From an uncultured Desulfobacter sp. (GTDB taxonomy: Bacteria > Desulfobacterota > Desulfobacteria > Desulfobacterales > Desulfobacteraceae): a DNA stretch of 64,000 bases. The position numbers and the translations under genes are program-made. The stretch covers positions 3,264,001-3,328,000 of the forward strand of contig OY762069.1 of assembly GCA_963665095.1 (NCBI GenBank). Reading direction: 5' to 3'. Below the pieces are notes generated by a model, which saw nothing but the letters and a program-made list of their open reading frames with translations, was not told where the DNA came from and did no database searches. Positions 53,331 through 62,667 of the stretch are shown here, piece by piece (position 1 is the stretch's first letter; every line of letters begins with the position of its first letter).

Positions 53331-54200
53331 CTACACCTCCTTCATCAGATCATTGATAAGTCCGCAGGCGTGTTCATGCCCCTGGGTGGTCAGATGCAGG
53401 TAAACCATGGTGGTGGTCAGACTGCTGTGGCCCAGATACTGCTGGATGCGCCGGATGTTGACACCTGCTTCGAGCAGATGGGTGGCGTAGCTGTGGCGAA
53501 GGGTGTGGATGGTGACCCGTTTTGTGATGGGCAAAGAGGTCAGTGTCTGTCTCAGGGCTCCCCTGACGGAATTGCTCCTCATGGGTTCTTCTGCTGTTGA
53601 GGCTTCTTTGCCGTTGCGTCCAAGTTTTGGAAAGATCAGTTTGGGGTTGCGATGGGTGGCCCAGTATTCACGCAGAATAAAAAGTGTCTTTTCAGGCAGC
53701 GGCACGTATCGGTCCTTTGCGCCTTTGCCCCGATGGACATGGATGAACATGCGCTGGCTGTCAATGTCCCTGACCTGGAGGCTCAATCCCTCATTGAGCC
53801 TGAGACCGCAGGAGTAGACAGTGGTCAGGTAGGCTTTGTTCCAGGGTGTCCGGACAGCAGTAAGAATGGACTTAACCTCGTTAATACTGAGTACGGATGG
53901 TAACCGCTGTTCCCGTTTGGCATTAATCAGGGCAAGCGTATGCCAGTCCCGCTGCAGCACATTGATGAAGAAGAACTTTATGCCGCTGTAGCAGATACGC
54001 ATGGTGGCGGCAGACCATTGATCAACGTTTTTGCGATGGAGAAAATAATCCTGCAGTTCCCGCTCGGTGATTTCATCAGGGGTTTTGCCGAAGAAATCGA
54101 CCAGCATACGGATAGCGCGGGTGTAGTTCTTTTGAGTGGAAGTGCTCATCCCGGCAAGTTGCAGGGCCCTCATTGATTGTTGATAATAATCGCTCATCAT
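53331..54200 (-). CDS. Tyrosine recombinase (IntI-related, lacking the IntI-specific insertion)
   Basis: [34 protein letters not shown]...VY. Confidence 0.93.
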   Translation of the reverse strand: MMSDYYQQSMRALQLAGMSTSTQKNYTRAIRMLVDFFGKTPDEITERELQDYFLHRKNVDQWSAATMRICYSGIKFFFINVLQRDWHTLALINAKREQRLPSVLSINEVKSILTAVRTPWNKAYLTTVYSCGLRLNEGLSLQVRDIDSQRMFIHVHRGKGAKDRYVPLPEKTLFILREYWATHRNPKLIFPKLGRNGKEASTAEEPMRSNSVRGALRQTLTSLPITKRVTIHTLRHSYATHLLEAGVNIRRIQQYLGHSSLTTTMVYLHLTTQGHEHACGLINDLMKEV

Positions 54201-55054
54201 ACCGTCTCCTTTCATGTGAAGGGTTAATTGGATTGGCGTCCAGATACGATACGATGAAAATGACGGGCAATGCAACTTGCCGATTTTATTAATTAGAGTA
54301 GTTGTTTGGCTGCCGCGTAGCGGCTTACTTGAACCTTATCTTACCTCCCTTTTCTTCTATAAGTTTTGCATAATTTAAGGTGTCAGTGAAAATACTTATA
54401 AAATCAGACAATGATGCCTCTGGTATATTAAATTTGTCTATCAGGGCATTTTTGAAAAATTCTTCGTCGGGCAAATTTTCCCCACGATAGTGTTCGTAAA
54501 CATCTGAGATATCGGGGGCATTCTTAACAGCTTTTCTTAGGCCATTTAAAACATCTTCAGGATTTTGGGGGCGAAGTATCTGCCTTGAAATGTCTGTTAG
54601 TTCCAAATGGCCTGTTTTAGGCCGTGTAAGAAGGCCATATTTAATACAAGAACTTAATTCAGACGTATATGGTCCTTTATTATATTTTACACCTACGAAG
54701 GTTGCAGATTCTTGTTCCGTACAACCTCGCCCTGCATTTTGATCGAAAATGGCTTTCGGAATGCGCAATGCTTTTTCTAAATTATGTCGAGGGTATTTAG
54801 GAGAATGTGAAGAGCTCTTCTTAGGTTTAGATTTTTTAGGGGATATGGGTGCATTGCTTTTTGAAGAAATGCCAGACCTTGATTTTATGTTTCGGACATA
54901 GGAAGATTTAATATCTCTTCCCAACTCTTTAAAATGGTCAACAATTTCTTGATTTGTCTTTTTAGGATTATCTTTCAAAAAATTTCGTACCATTTCAGCA
55001 GTACTAATAGAAGAGTTGTCTGTATCAACCATTAAATCCTCCTTATGTTGTAAA

Positions 55055-55112
55055 CCCGAACGTAAAGTTGAGTGGCGAGCTTCAGCGAGCCCACTCGAAC
55101 GCCTTGTTGGGC
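55055..55112 (-). other. attC site
   Basis: GCCCAAC-5-GTTCGAGT...ACTCAAC-5-GTTCGGG. Confidence 0.92.
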
Positions 55113-55915
55113 ATATTTTCCATTCTTATCAAATCTTCCAACGTCCATAGCATTATTGTTGGTTCAATTTCTTCGACAAAGAATTTTGCTGATTTTGTAA
55201 ATGGAGCACTGGATATAACAATACCTGTAGGTATTTGTTCTAATGCCATTGATCCAACAAGTTGTCGAATAACGGAAATGGGTACTTGTGATGTGGTTTT
55301 ATATTTTTTCACCTCAACAATGGCTCTGCTATTTTGAAAAGGATGAACAATAAAATCGTATCCATAATCTTTTAGATGCGACTGATGTTCAACGTTGTAG
55401 CCTTTTTTTATAAACCACTGACCAACTAGTTCCTCAAATTCTTGAGCATCAATATTGTCTATGATTTCAGGTCGTTCAAGTAATGTTACTATGCTGTTAC
55501 GAGGATTTTCAGGGTCTAACCCCGAGTAGGGTTCTCGTTCTACATGAGAAGATAATATGTTTTCAACATGAGCCAACAAGTCGTAATGACTAGAATCCCT
55601 AGAAAAGTAACGCATACTTCTTAAATCAAAAGGAATATCATGTATATCAGCAACAACGATAATTTTCTTGTTTTGCCCAAGTGCATAACCTAATTCGAAC
55701 ATAACGTTGGCGTTATTGGGCTGTAAAAAGCAAATAAACAATGAACATTTATTGATCTTTTCAGTGATTGCATGATTAAGCTCACTACCAATACATGTTT
55801 CATCACATAATTCAAATGATTCAGCCCCAATTGATGGAAGATGATCATTAAGAAAACACGCAAACCTCTGTGCTTCGTAATCGTTGTAGGAATATGAAAA
55901 GAAAACTCGTTTCAT
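55082..55915 (-). CDS. TIR/NDT-like domain fused to an Mrr-type restriction endonuclease
   Basis: VFFSYS, NANVMFELGYA; EFEELV...DYGYDF...VEVKKY...IRQLVG. Confidence 0.8.
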   Translation of the reverse strand: MKRVFFSYSYNDYEAQRFACFLNDHLPSIGAESFELCDETCIGSELNHAITEKINKCSLFICFLQPNNANVMFELGYALGQNKKIIVVADIHDIPFDLRSMRYFSRDSSHYDLLAHVENILSSHVEREPYSGLDPENPRNSIVTLLERPEIIDNIDAQEFEELVGQWFIKKGYNVEHQSHLKDYGYDFIVHPFQNSRAIVEVKKYKTTSQVPISVIRQLVGSMALEQIPTGIVISSAPFTKSAKFFVEEIEPTIMLWTLEDLIRMENMPNKAFEWAR

Positions 55916-56263
55916 GACCTGACCTCCTTAGCCCGATACAAAGCCCAAAATTCATAAAGGGCTGATTGCTTGGCATTTACATCATCTGCTGTTTCAGTTC
56001 CAAACCTACAAAAAGACTCAAGCATTCGGTTACATTCTTGAAAACGTGTATCCAGAATTTCGTTGATCTCCTTATCCAATCTATCTGTAATTTTGGGGCG
56101 TAACTCATTTATTTCTTGATCTGATTGAGAATGATCACAAAAAATCATGGAAAAATTAAAGATAATTTGCAAGATATGCCAGGGATGAGGCAGAAGCTCC
56201 CCCGTTTATCTCGCAAATAATCAATGGAACTTCTGCCCCTATTACCCTAACAGGGCAGGAGAT

Positions 56264-56839
56264 ATGCTATCAGAACTTATTAAAAACAAAAATCTTTTTT
56301 TCCATCTTTACGAAATCGATAAAAATACAGCAAAACAGTACAGACAGTTGCCTTGTCCGCATTGTGGAGGCCCCTTATATTTCAGCAATTACATGCGCAA
56401 GCCCCGGGGAGAGCCTGAGGGCGTGCCGGAGGAATTCTTTATTCAGTTCAGCCTATGTTGTGGAACCGAAGGGTGTCGCAAAAGATTGATGCCGCCGTCC
56501 TGCCGTTTTCTGGGGAGAAAAGTCTACTGGTTTGCAGTTATTCTGTGTGTTTTAACAGACTGGCAAAATACCAATGAAAAAATCACCGTTTATGATTTGT
56601 CCATACGAACTGGCATTAGCCGGAACACAATAAACCGCTGGCTTGCCTTTTTTCAGGATACATTTCCAGTGAGCCGAACCTGGCGAAGGCTTCGGGGGCA
56701 GATATCCGCTGGTGTCAGTAACAGCCGTCTGCCGTCAAGTTTCATCAATTATTGCCGGGCGGTGAAATCCAACGCCGAAAACGCACTTGTATCAAGCCTG
56801 ATAATCTTATCAGGCGGGTCCAAAATCAGGGCCGGATAA
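56264..56839 (+). CDS. Zn-finger/HTH accessory protein of TnB
   Basis: CPHCGG, SLCC..EGCRKR..PPS.RFLGRKVY, ISRNTINRW. Confidence 0.75.
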   Translation: MLSELIKNKNLFFHLYEIDKNTAKQYRQLPCPHCGGPLYFSNYMRKPRGEPEGVPEEFFIQFSLCCGTEGCRKRLMPPSCRFLGRKVYWFAVILCVLTDWQNTNEKITVYDLSIRTGISRNTINRWLAFFQDTFPVSRTWRRLRGQISAGVSNSRLPSSFINYCRAVKSNAENALVSSLIILSGGSKIRAG

Positions 56840-56945
56840 TCTCGCGCAGAGGATGAACATAGACAAATATATGCAGGCTGTTTTACCACCTGATTTCAGA
56901 CGTTGATCCGAAATTTTAACCTGAAATTAAAAAGGAGCCTGATTT

Positions 56946-58391
56946 ATGAGTGGTAAAACACAGCACCCGGCAGACCTGTGGGCATTATTTCGCTTTTCGG
57001 TTATCGGCGGTTTACTGGCACGCCCTCCGGCAAAGGGAGAGTTGCAAAATGAACTGACCCGGCTCGCAGGTCAAATCTATTCTCATCCTGTGACGAACAA
57101 ACCGACCTGTTTTCATTTTTCCACAATTGAGGCCTGGTATTACAGGGCAAAAAATTGCCAGGACCCAATTCTGGCTCTGGGCCGTAAAGTTCGTTCAGAT
57201 ATGGGCAAATCCACAGCATTGAATGCTGAATTGATCCGCCTTCTTGGTGTCCAGTACAACACTTATCCGCAATGGAGCTATCAGCTTCATTGCGACAACC
57301 TGGCAGCTGAAATCGCTGAACAGGGCCTGTGTGAGAATCCGCCGTCCTATGCAAGTGTGAGAAGGCGTATGGTTGAACGGGGTTGGAGAAAAAAGGCTTC
57401 CAAGAACAAAAATCAAACATCCGGACAGAAATCAGCTTTTAAGCGATTAGAAACGTATGAAGTCCGTAGTTATGAAACCGAAAACATCCATGAATTATGG
57501 CATCTGGACTTTCACGAATGCAGCAGGCGCGTGGTGGACGAAAAAGGTCAGTGGCATACGCCCAAGGCATTGTGCATTCTTGATGATCGCTCCCGTCTGT
57601 GTTGTCATATTCAATGGTATTTGAATGAAACGGCAGAGGTTTTGATCCACGGCTTGTCCCAGGCGTTTTACAAAAGAGGGCTTCCCAGAGCCTTGATGAC
57701 AGATAATGGTTCTGCCATGATTGCTCATGAAACCGGCAACGGACTTAAACGATTGGGCGTCAGTCATGAGACCACGTTGCCATACTCGCCCTATCAAAAT
57801 GGGAAGCAGGAAGCCTTTTGGGGTACACTTGAAGGCCGTTTGATCGCCATGCTGAGCCGGATGGATTCTTTGACCCTGGTATATTTAAATCAGGTCTCCC
57901 AGGCCTGGATCGAGATGGAATACAACAAGTCAACCCATGATGAAATTCATATGTCGCCATTGCAATGCGCCCTTGACGGCAAGGATGTGTCACGTCCTGC
58001 ACCGGAACCTGAACAGCTTCAATTTTCGTTTACAGCCTGTGAATCCAGAAAACAGCGTCTGTCCGATGGTACCATCTCTTTGATGGGCATCCGGTTTGAA
58101 ATCCCTTCACGGTTTAATCATATCCAGCGTCTTCATGTCTGTTTTTGCTCCTGGGATAAATCGGTTGCCTGGCTGATAGATAAACGAACCGGAAATAAGC
58201 TTGCCGCAATTTATCCCCAGGACAAGACAAAGAATGCTTCAGCAATCCGTCGTATCAAATCCACTCCGGATGAAATTAACCCTGGCCATGAAACCCTGTC
58301 CGGATCAGAACCGGCCCTGCTTAAAAAGCTCTTGTCCGATTATGCAGCAACCGGAATGCCTTGTGCCTACTTGCCAATGGAGGAAAAGTGA
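56946..58391 (+). CDS. DDE (rve) transposase
   Basis: WHLDFH, LDDRSR, MTDNGS, NGKQEAFW. Confidence 0.92.
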   Translation: MSGKTQHPADLWALFRFSVIGGLLARPPAKGELQNELTRLAGQIYSHPVTNKPTCFHFSTIEAWYYRAKNCQDPILALGRKVRSDMGKSTALNAELIRLLGVQYNTYPQWSYQLHCDNLAAEIAEQGLCENPPSYASVRRRMVERGWRKKASKNKNQTSGQKSAFKRLETYEVRSYETENIHELWHLDFHECSRRVVDEKGQWHTPKALCILDDRSRLCCHIQWYLNETAEVLIHGLSQAFYKRGLPRALMTDNGSAMIAHETGNGLKRLGVSHETTLPYSPYQNGKQEAFWGTLEGRLIAMLSRMDSLTLVYLNQVSQAWIEMEYNKSTHDEIHMSPLQCALDGKDVSRPAPEPEQLQFSFTACESRKQRLSDGTISLMGIRFEIPSRFNHIQRLHVCFCSWDKSVAWLIDKRTGNKLAAIYPQDKTKNASAIRRIKSTPDEINPGHETLSGSEPALLKKLLSDYAATGMPCAYLPMEEK

Positions 58392-59215
58392 TGAACAGCA
58401 AACGATTATTGGCTTATTATGGATTGAAGTACAATCCTTTTTTACCAAATATTCCTGTGGACTCATTATGGCATCCACCCCGGATGGAGGCATTTATTAC
58501 ACGCCTTGAAAATATGACCATGAACGGTGGATTTGCATTAATCGCCGGTGAACCCGGTCTTGGCAAATCCAAGACACTACAGGCGATTGCCCATCAGCTT
58601 GGCAAGCTTGATGAAGTCGTTGTCGGCGTTATGGAGCGCCCCCAAAGCAGCGTGGCCGATTTCTATCGGGAAATGGGGACACTGTTTGGTGTCAATTTGA
58701 GTCCGGCCAACCGTTACGGAGGGTTCAAAGATCTGCGGCAACGATGGAAAAATCATATTAAAACAACCCTGTTCAGACCCGTCCTGCTCATTGATGAGGC
58801 TCAGGAAATGCTTACCGGATGCCTGAATGAGCTTCGGTTGCTCAACAGTATGGATTTTGACTCCCAGAATTTATTGACCACCATTATCTGTGGTGATACC
58901 CGGCTGCCGGAACGGTTCAGAACCAGTGCATTGGTAGCCCTGGGGAGTCGACTCCGGTTCCGGTTAAAATTGGATCCTTATACCCGGGAAGAATTGTTGG
59001 ATTATATAGCGCATTGCCTAAATCAGGCCGGAGCTCCTCAACTCATGACAAAACCTTTAATCACCGCTTTGGTAGAGCACTGTACAGGAAACTTACGGGT
59101 CCTCAATAATATGTCGGCAGAACTGCTTGAAGTGGGCGTTCAAAGAGAGCTGCCGCAACTGGATGAGAAACTTTTCATAGAGCTTTTTTCACTGAAACCG
59201 TCGCCAACCAGATAA
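58391..59215 (+). CDS. ExeA/AAA_22 ATPase
   Basis: GEPGLGKS, LLIDEAQ. Confidence 0.9.
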   Translation: MNSKRLLAYYGLKYNPFLPNIPVDSLWHPPRMEAFITRLENMTMNGGFALIAGEPGLGKSKTLQAIAHQLGKLDEVVVGVMERPQSSVADFYREMGTLFGVNLSPANRYGGFKDLRQRWKNHIKTTLFRPVLLIDEAQEMLTGCLNELRLLNSMDFDSQNLLTTIICGDTRLPERFRTSALVALGSRLRFRLKLDPYTREELLDYIAHCLNQAGAPQLMTKPLITALVEHCTGNLRVLNNMSAELLEVGVQRELPQLDEKLFIELFSLKPSPTR

Positions 59216-59226
59216 GAGGTATAAAA

Positions 59227-59469
59227 ATGACAATCAATGAAACACAACTTGAAAAAACAATGGCTGAAATTGTCGACGAGCTGGGCAATCTGGTCATGGA
59301 GTTGATCCTTGTCAGTTTAAAAAAAATAAACTCGGAAAATCATCTTTTGACAGAATTGCTGGAGATCAAACAAGAGGAACAAAGAGAAAATGAATTTTAT
59401 GGTTTTGGTGAAACGGAGCCGGGACATCCTGGGGAGGAAACCCGGCAAGGGATAGCCAAAAGCAGGTAG
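59227..59469 (+). CDS. Small acidic hypothetical protein in TnB
   Basis: GAGG RBS; 3' end runs into the conserved module shared with TnA. Confidence 0.45.
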   Translation: MTINETQLEKTMAEIVDELGNLVMELILVSLKKINSENHLLTELLEIKQEEQRENEFYGFGETEPGHPGEETRQGIAKSR

Positions 59470-60332
59470 CATTGAATAATGCGCCGGGGGAAGCGGGGTT
59501 GACCTGCTTCCCCTTTCTGTATTATTCAAGCTTTCCTGCTCATGCCTTAAAAAACCCAATAAAATCAGTCGGAGCGCAGCGACATCTGCTAATCATTGAA
59601 AATACAGTTATGCCTTTCCCTGATTTATCCTGATTGTCGCTCCATTGATTATCGTGCTTCCTCTCAGATTTACCGACATACTGCTTTTGAATTGTGACTG
59701 TCCAGCCTTTACATGATGAATGAGACCAAGTGGAAGGATGAGCTCTAAACTCAGTTCCGAGGGTTTCGAATGATGAATTCAATAATTTGCCAATTTCAGC
59801 CCCGCGCCACGGTAATGCCCCCAATTCTGGAGTTTTAAGGGATTCCATATCATAAATGAACAATTCTCCGGAATCTGTTAACCTTAGAATTGAATCAATG
59901 AATATATTAGCGAAAGCTCCTGGCTGTAATTCATGAGCTGTATTGGTGCAGGTTATGAAATCGAATCGGTGGTCATTGTTGATGATTTTGTTAAAATCGG
60001 ACAAATCTCCATGTAAAAAGGCGTATTCCTTAAACTTTAATCCGTCTGCCATCCTTTCCGCTGTTCGAGTATGATCTACATTTATATCGTATCCAAAATA
60101 TGAAAGCTTTGCTCTGTGTGTCAAAGATAAGTTTTCATTAAGTTGAGAGATGATTTGTCCTTTACCACATGCCAAATCAAGCCAGCATAATTTGCCAACA
60201 GCAGGATTTTGAAGACGACTATTCAACAAAGTTAATGCTGATTGATGTTGAGGTAAAATTCGCCTTATATCATGTGTAGCATCCGAATCAGCAATCGATG
60301 ACATAAGATTTCCTTGTGTTTATTTGTTTTGA

Positions 60333-60404
60333 GCCCAACGTGGCCATCACCGGTTGCTATGGAGCGCTAGCGGATTAGCAATCCGGTGCATGGCATGGTT
60401 AGAT
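60333..60404 (-). other. attC site
   Basis: ATCTAAC-5-CATGCACC...GGTGATG-5-GTTGGGC. Confidence 0.92.
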
Positions 60405-60416
60405 GGAAAATCTCTT

Positions 60417-61307
60417 TTAAAAGACAGTATTTCGAACTAAAAATTTTCCATTAAATGTCATGGGTATACCTTGAGATTCGTTTTCCACATGCATATGAAG
60501 ATGTGGTTCACTGGTGTTGCCAGAGTTACCTACCTTCCCAATTGGTTGCCCCACTTTAACGAGGTCACCTTTCTTTACCAAAAGACTACCTTTCATCATA
60601 TGAGCAAGGTAAACAATTGTACCTTTATGGCTAATGGCCACATAGTTACCCAATGGTCTTTTTTTATCCATCGTAAGAGGAATCATATCAGGTCGATCAC
60701 CAGCAAGTTTGATTACTTTTCCGTCACAAGGGGAATAAATAATGTCTTCGAATATTTCATATTTTGAAAGCTGTTTTGGAATAATACCTATCGCTCTAAT
60801 TCCAAACTTATTAAGTTTATTAATATCCAGTGCATATTTTTGTGGAGGGTATGAATAATGATGGTTAGTGATGATGCTATTGCCACCATGTGAAATATAA
60901 TAAGTCCCATTTTTTAATGGAAACTCTAATTCTAAAGGCTTTGTATTAATAAAAAACCCTTTAATAGTCGAAAAATTATTTTTACTGTATACGATAGTTA
61001 AAACTATAATGATCGATAATGAAATATATCTCTTGTAATCTAATTTTTTAAAGAAGGGGCTTGTCTTTGCTTTTTTATATGAGAAAAATGCTGATATTAA
61101 AAATACAGCAATCAAGATATATCTCAGATAATAACTGACCCAATCCCATCTGCCAATGTTGAAAATTAACAACATATAGGTCGCTGTAAATAGAAACTGG
61201 AAAACCCAATCTATCTTGCTTTTGTAGTTTCTTTTCATTAACCAAATTATAATAATTGCAGGAAGTATCAATTGGTCGATAAATATAAGTGATATTAATA
61301 AAACCAT
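60417..61307 (-). CDS. Membrane-anchored M23 family metallopeptidase (cassette gene)
   Basis: N-terminal TMs; YALD, GNYV, LAHM, GNSGNTSEPHLH. Confidence 0.9.
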   Translation of the reverse strand: MVLLISLIFIDQLILPAIIIIWLMKRNYKSKIDWVFQFLFTATYMLLIFNIGRWDWVSYYLRYILIAVFLISAFFSYKKAKTSPFFKKLDYKRYISLSIIIVLTIVYSKNNFSTIKGFFINTKPLELEFPLKNGTYYISHGGNSIITNHHYSYPPQKYALDINKLNKFGIRAIGIIPKQLSKYEIFEDIIYSPCDGKVIKLAGDRPDMIPLTMDKKRPLGNYVAISHKGTIVYLAHMMKGSLLVKKGDLVKVGQPIGKVGNSGNTSEPHLHMHVENESQGIPMTFNGKFLVRNTVF

Positions 61308-61336
61308 AATCTATTTATTGTTACACATTATGCTAT

Positions 61337-61510
61337 TTATGTTGCTGTTCCGGTTTTACCAAAAATAAATACAAATGGAATAGCTAAAGGTCCAAACACT
61401 GCTCCCATAATTGCCCAGAACATAACTTTTCCCCCTCTTTTTTCTGCAATAGTACCCAAGAGAAAAGCAAAAGCAAAACTGATTAGACTTCCAATTATTA
61501 TACCCACCAT
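61337..61510 (-). CDS. 57-aa membrane protein (cassette gene, below ORF-track cutoff)
   Basis: MVGIIIGSLISFAFAFLLGTIAEKRGGKVMFWAIMGAVFGPLAIPFVFIFGKTGTAT; GGAGG RBS. Confidence 0.7.
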   Translation of the reverse strand: MVGIIIGSLISFAFAFLLGTIAEKRGGKVMFWAIMGAVFGPLAIPFVFIFGKTGTAT

Positions 61511-61541
61511 TTCAAAATATCCTCCATAATTATGTCTGTAA

Positions 61542-61667
61542 ATCTAACGTGAAGTTCAGCCGCCCGGGGCTTGTGCCGAGCAGATTGTAAAAGCCAAATT
61601 TTTTCGAAAACCGAGCACTTTCAAAAGGCCGCTAGCACACCGGGTCGGCTGCAACGGCTTGTTCAAG
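61542..61667 (-). other. attC site whose inverse core is the end of IS91-type element B
   Basis: CTTGAAC-5-GTTGCAGC...GCTGAAC-5-GTTAGAT. Confidence 0.9.
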
Positions 61668-61792
61668 TAAGCGCTACGCGCAGGCTCCGCCTCGCAGCAT
61701 TGTTCAATTACATTGCTCATGGTATCTTCTAATTACCGGTTTGCAGGTCGGTATCTTCCGCCCGACAAGGTTAAAGAAGAAAGGAAGATACC

Positions 61793-62667
61793 ACGAGCAA
61801 ATTAATCAAACGTTTTAAAGAAGACCTCCAGTTAGCAGGATATGCTGACCGCAGCATTCAATCCTATACCGGCGCAGTTTTAAAGCTGCAGCGGTTTTAC
61901 AATCAACCCTTAGAAGATATCAGCGAAGAACAGCTGCGTCAATATTGGCTTAGCTGTCAAAACGAACTTGGCTGGAGTGCAGCCACACTGCGTATCAGTT
62001 ATTCCGGCATCCAACATTTTTTCAGCAGAACCCTGGTCAGATCCTGGAACCTTTTCAACGAAATCCAATGGAAGCGCGAGGAGACCTTACCAACTATTCT
62101 GAGCCTGGAGGAAGTCAGGAAAATTATATATGCCCTTCCCACCGTACAAAGTTATACATTTTATTTGACCTTATATTCCATGGGCCTGCGTTTGAGGGAA
62201 GCAACAACGCTTCAGGTCAAGGATATCCTTTCTGACAGGGGACTTGTGCATATTCACGGAGGAAAGGGTTACCGGGACAGGACCGTCCCCTTACCCCCAA
62301 TAACCCTGTCGGCTTTGCGAGACTACTATAAAACCCATCGCAATTCTAAATGGATTTTCCCTGCCCTGGGCCGCAATGGCGGTAAAGATGCCCAATATGC
62401 CGAAAATCATGTGAGCCAAAGTGGTGTTCAAGGCGTTTTACGATCCACTTTAAAACGCATGAAGTTTAAAAAACATGTCCACCTCATGTATTCCGCCATG
62501 CCTATGCAACTCATCTGCTCGAAGCCAATATCCCCATACGGCATGTTCAAAAAATATTGGGTCATAAAACCCTTAAAAGTACCATGATTTATCTGCATGT
62601 GACCACACAGGCCCGGGTTGATTCCAATGACAGGGTTTCCAAAGTCATGCAGGGGGTGTTGTCATGA
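61793..62667 (+). pseudogene. Tyrosine recombinase of element B (ACG start, frameshift)
   Basis: ACG-SKLIKRFKEDLQLAG; YSMGLRLRE, GKGYRDR; 1-nt loss at ~62483 before [13 protein letters not shown]...LGH...IY. Confidence 0.85.

Larger units (their letters stand above)
51926..54333 (-). mobile_element. Tyrosine recombinase + IS91-type transposase element A, with terminal attC-like hairpin
   Basis: Starts G/TTCAAGTAAGC, ends GCTTCTTGAAC + 50-nt hairpin + G/TT; no target duplication. Confidence 0.88.
51398..55032 (-). pseudogene. Cassette gene (408 aa reconstructed): N-terminal DNA-binding-like region + nucleoside 2-deoxyribosyltransferase/TIR-like domain, interrupted
   Basis: Removing 51926-54333 restores GGKIR/LLDVT in frame; CFVMMPF, IRADD, NANVFYELGLAHA. 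Confidence 0.8.
56126..59666 (+). mobile_element. DDE + ExeA-ATPase transposon, element TnB
   Basis: Ends TGAGAATGATCAC / TGAGAGGAAGCAC (revcomp); flanking 3-bp GAT repeat. Confidence 0.85.
55912..60304 (-). pseudogene. Class I SAM-dependent methyltransferase interrupted by TnB
   Basis: WLDLACGKG, GYDIN, FDFITC; removing 56126-59666 restores YVGKS/DQEINEL; ATGA overlap with the nuclease gene. Confidence 0.8.

Noticed and set aside
53331..54200. Tyrosine recombinase as the array's integron integrase intI
   Set aside because: It lacks the IntI-specific insertion after GKGxKDR, is coupled to an IS91 transposase and lies inside the array
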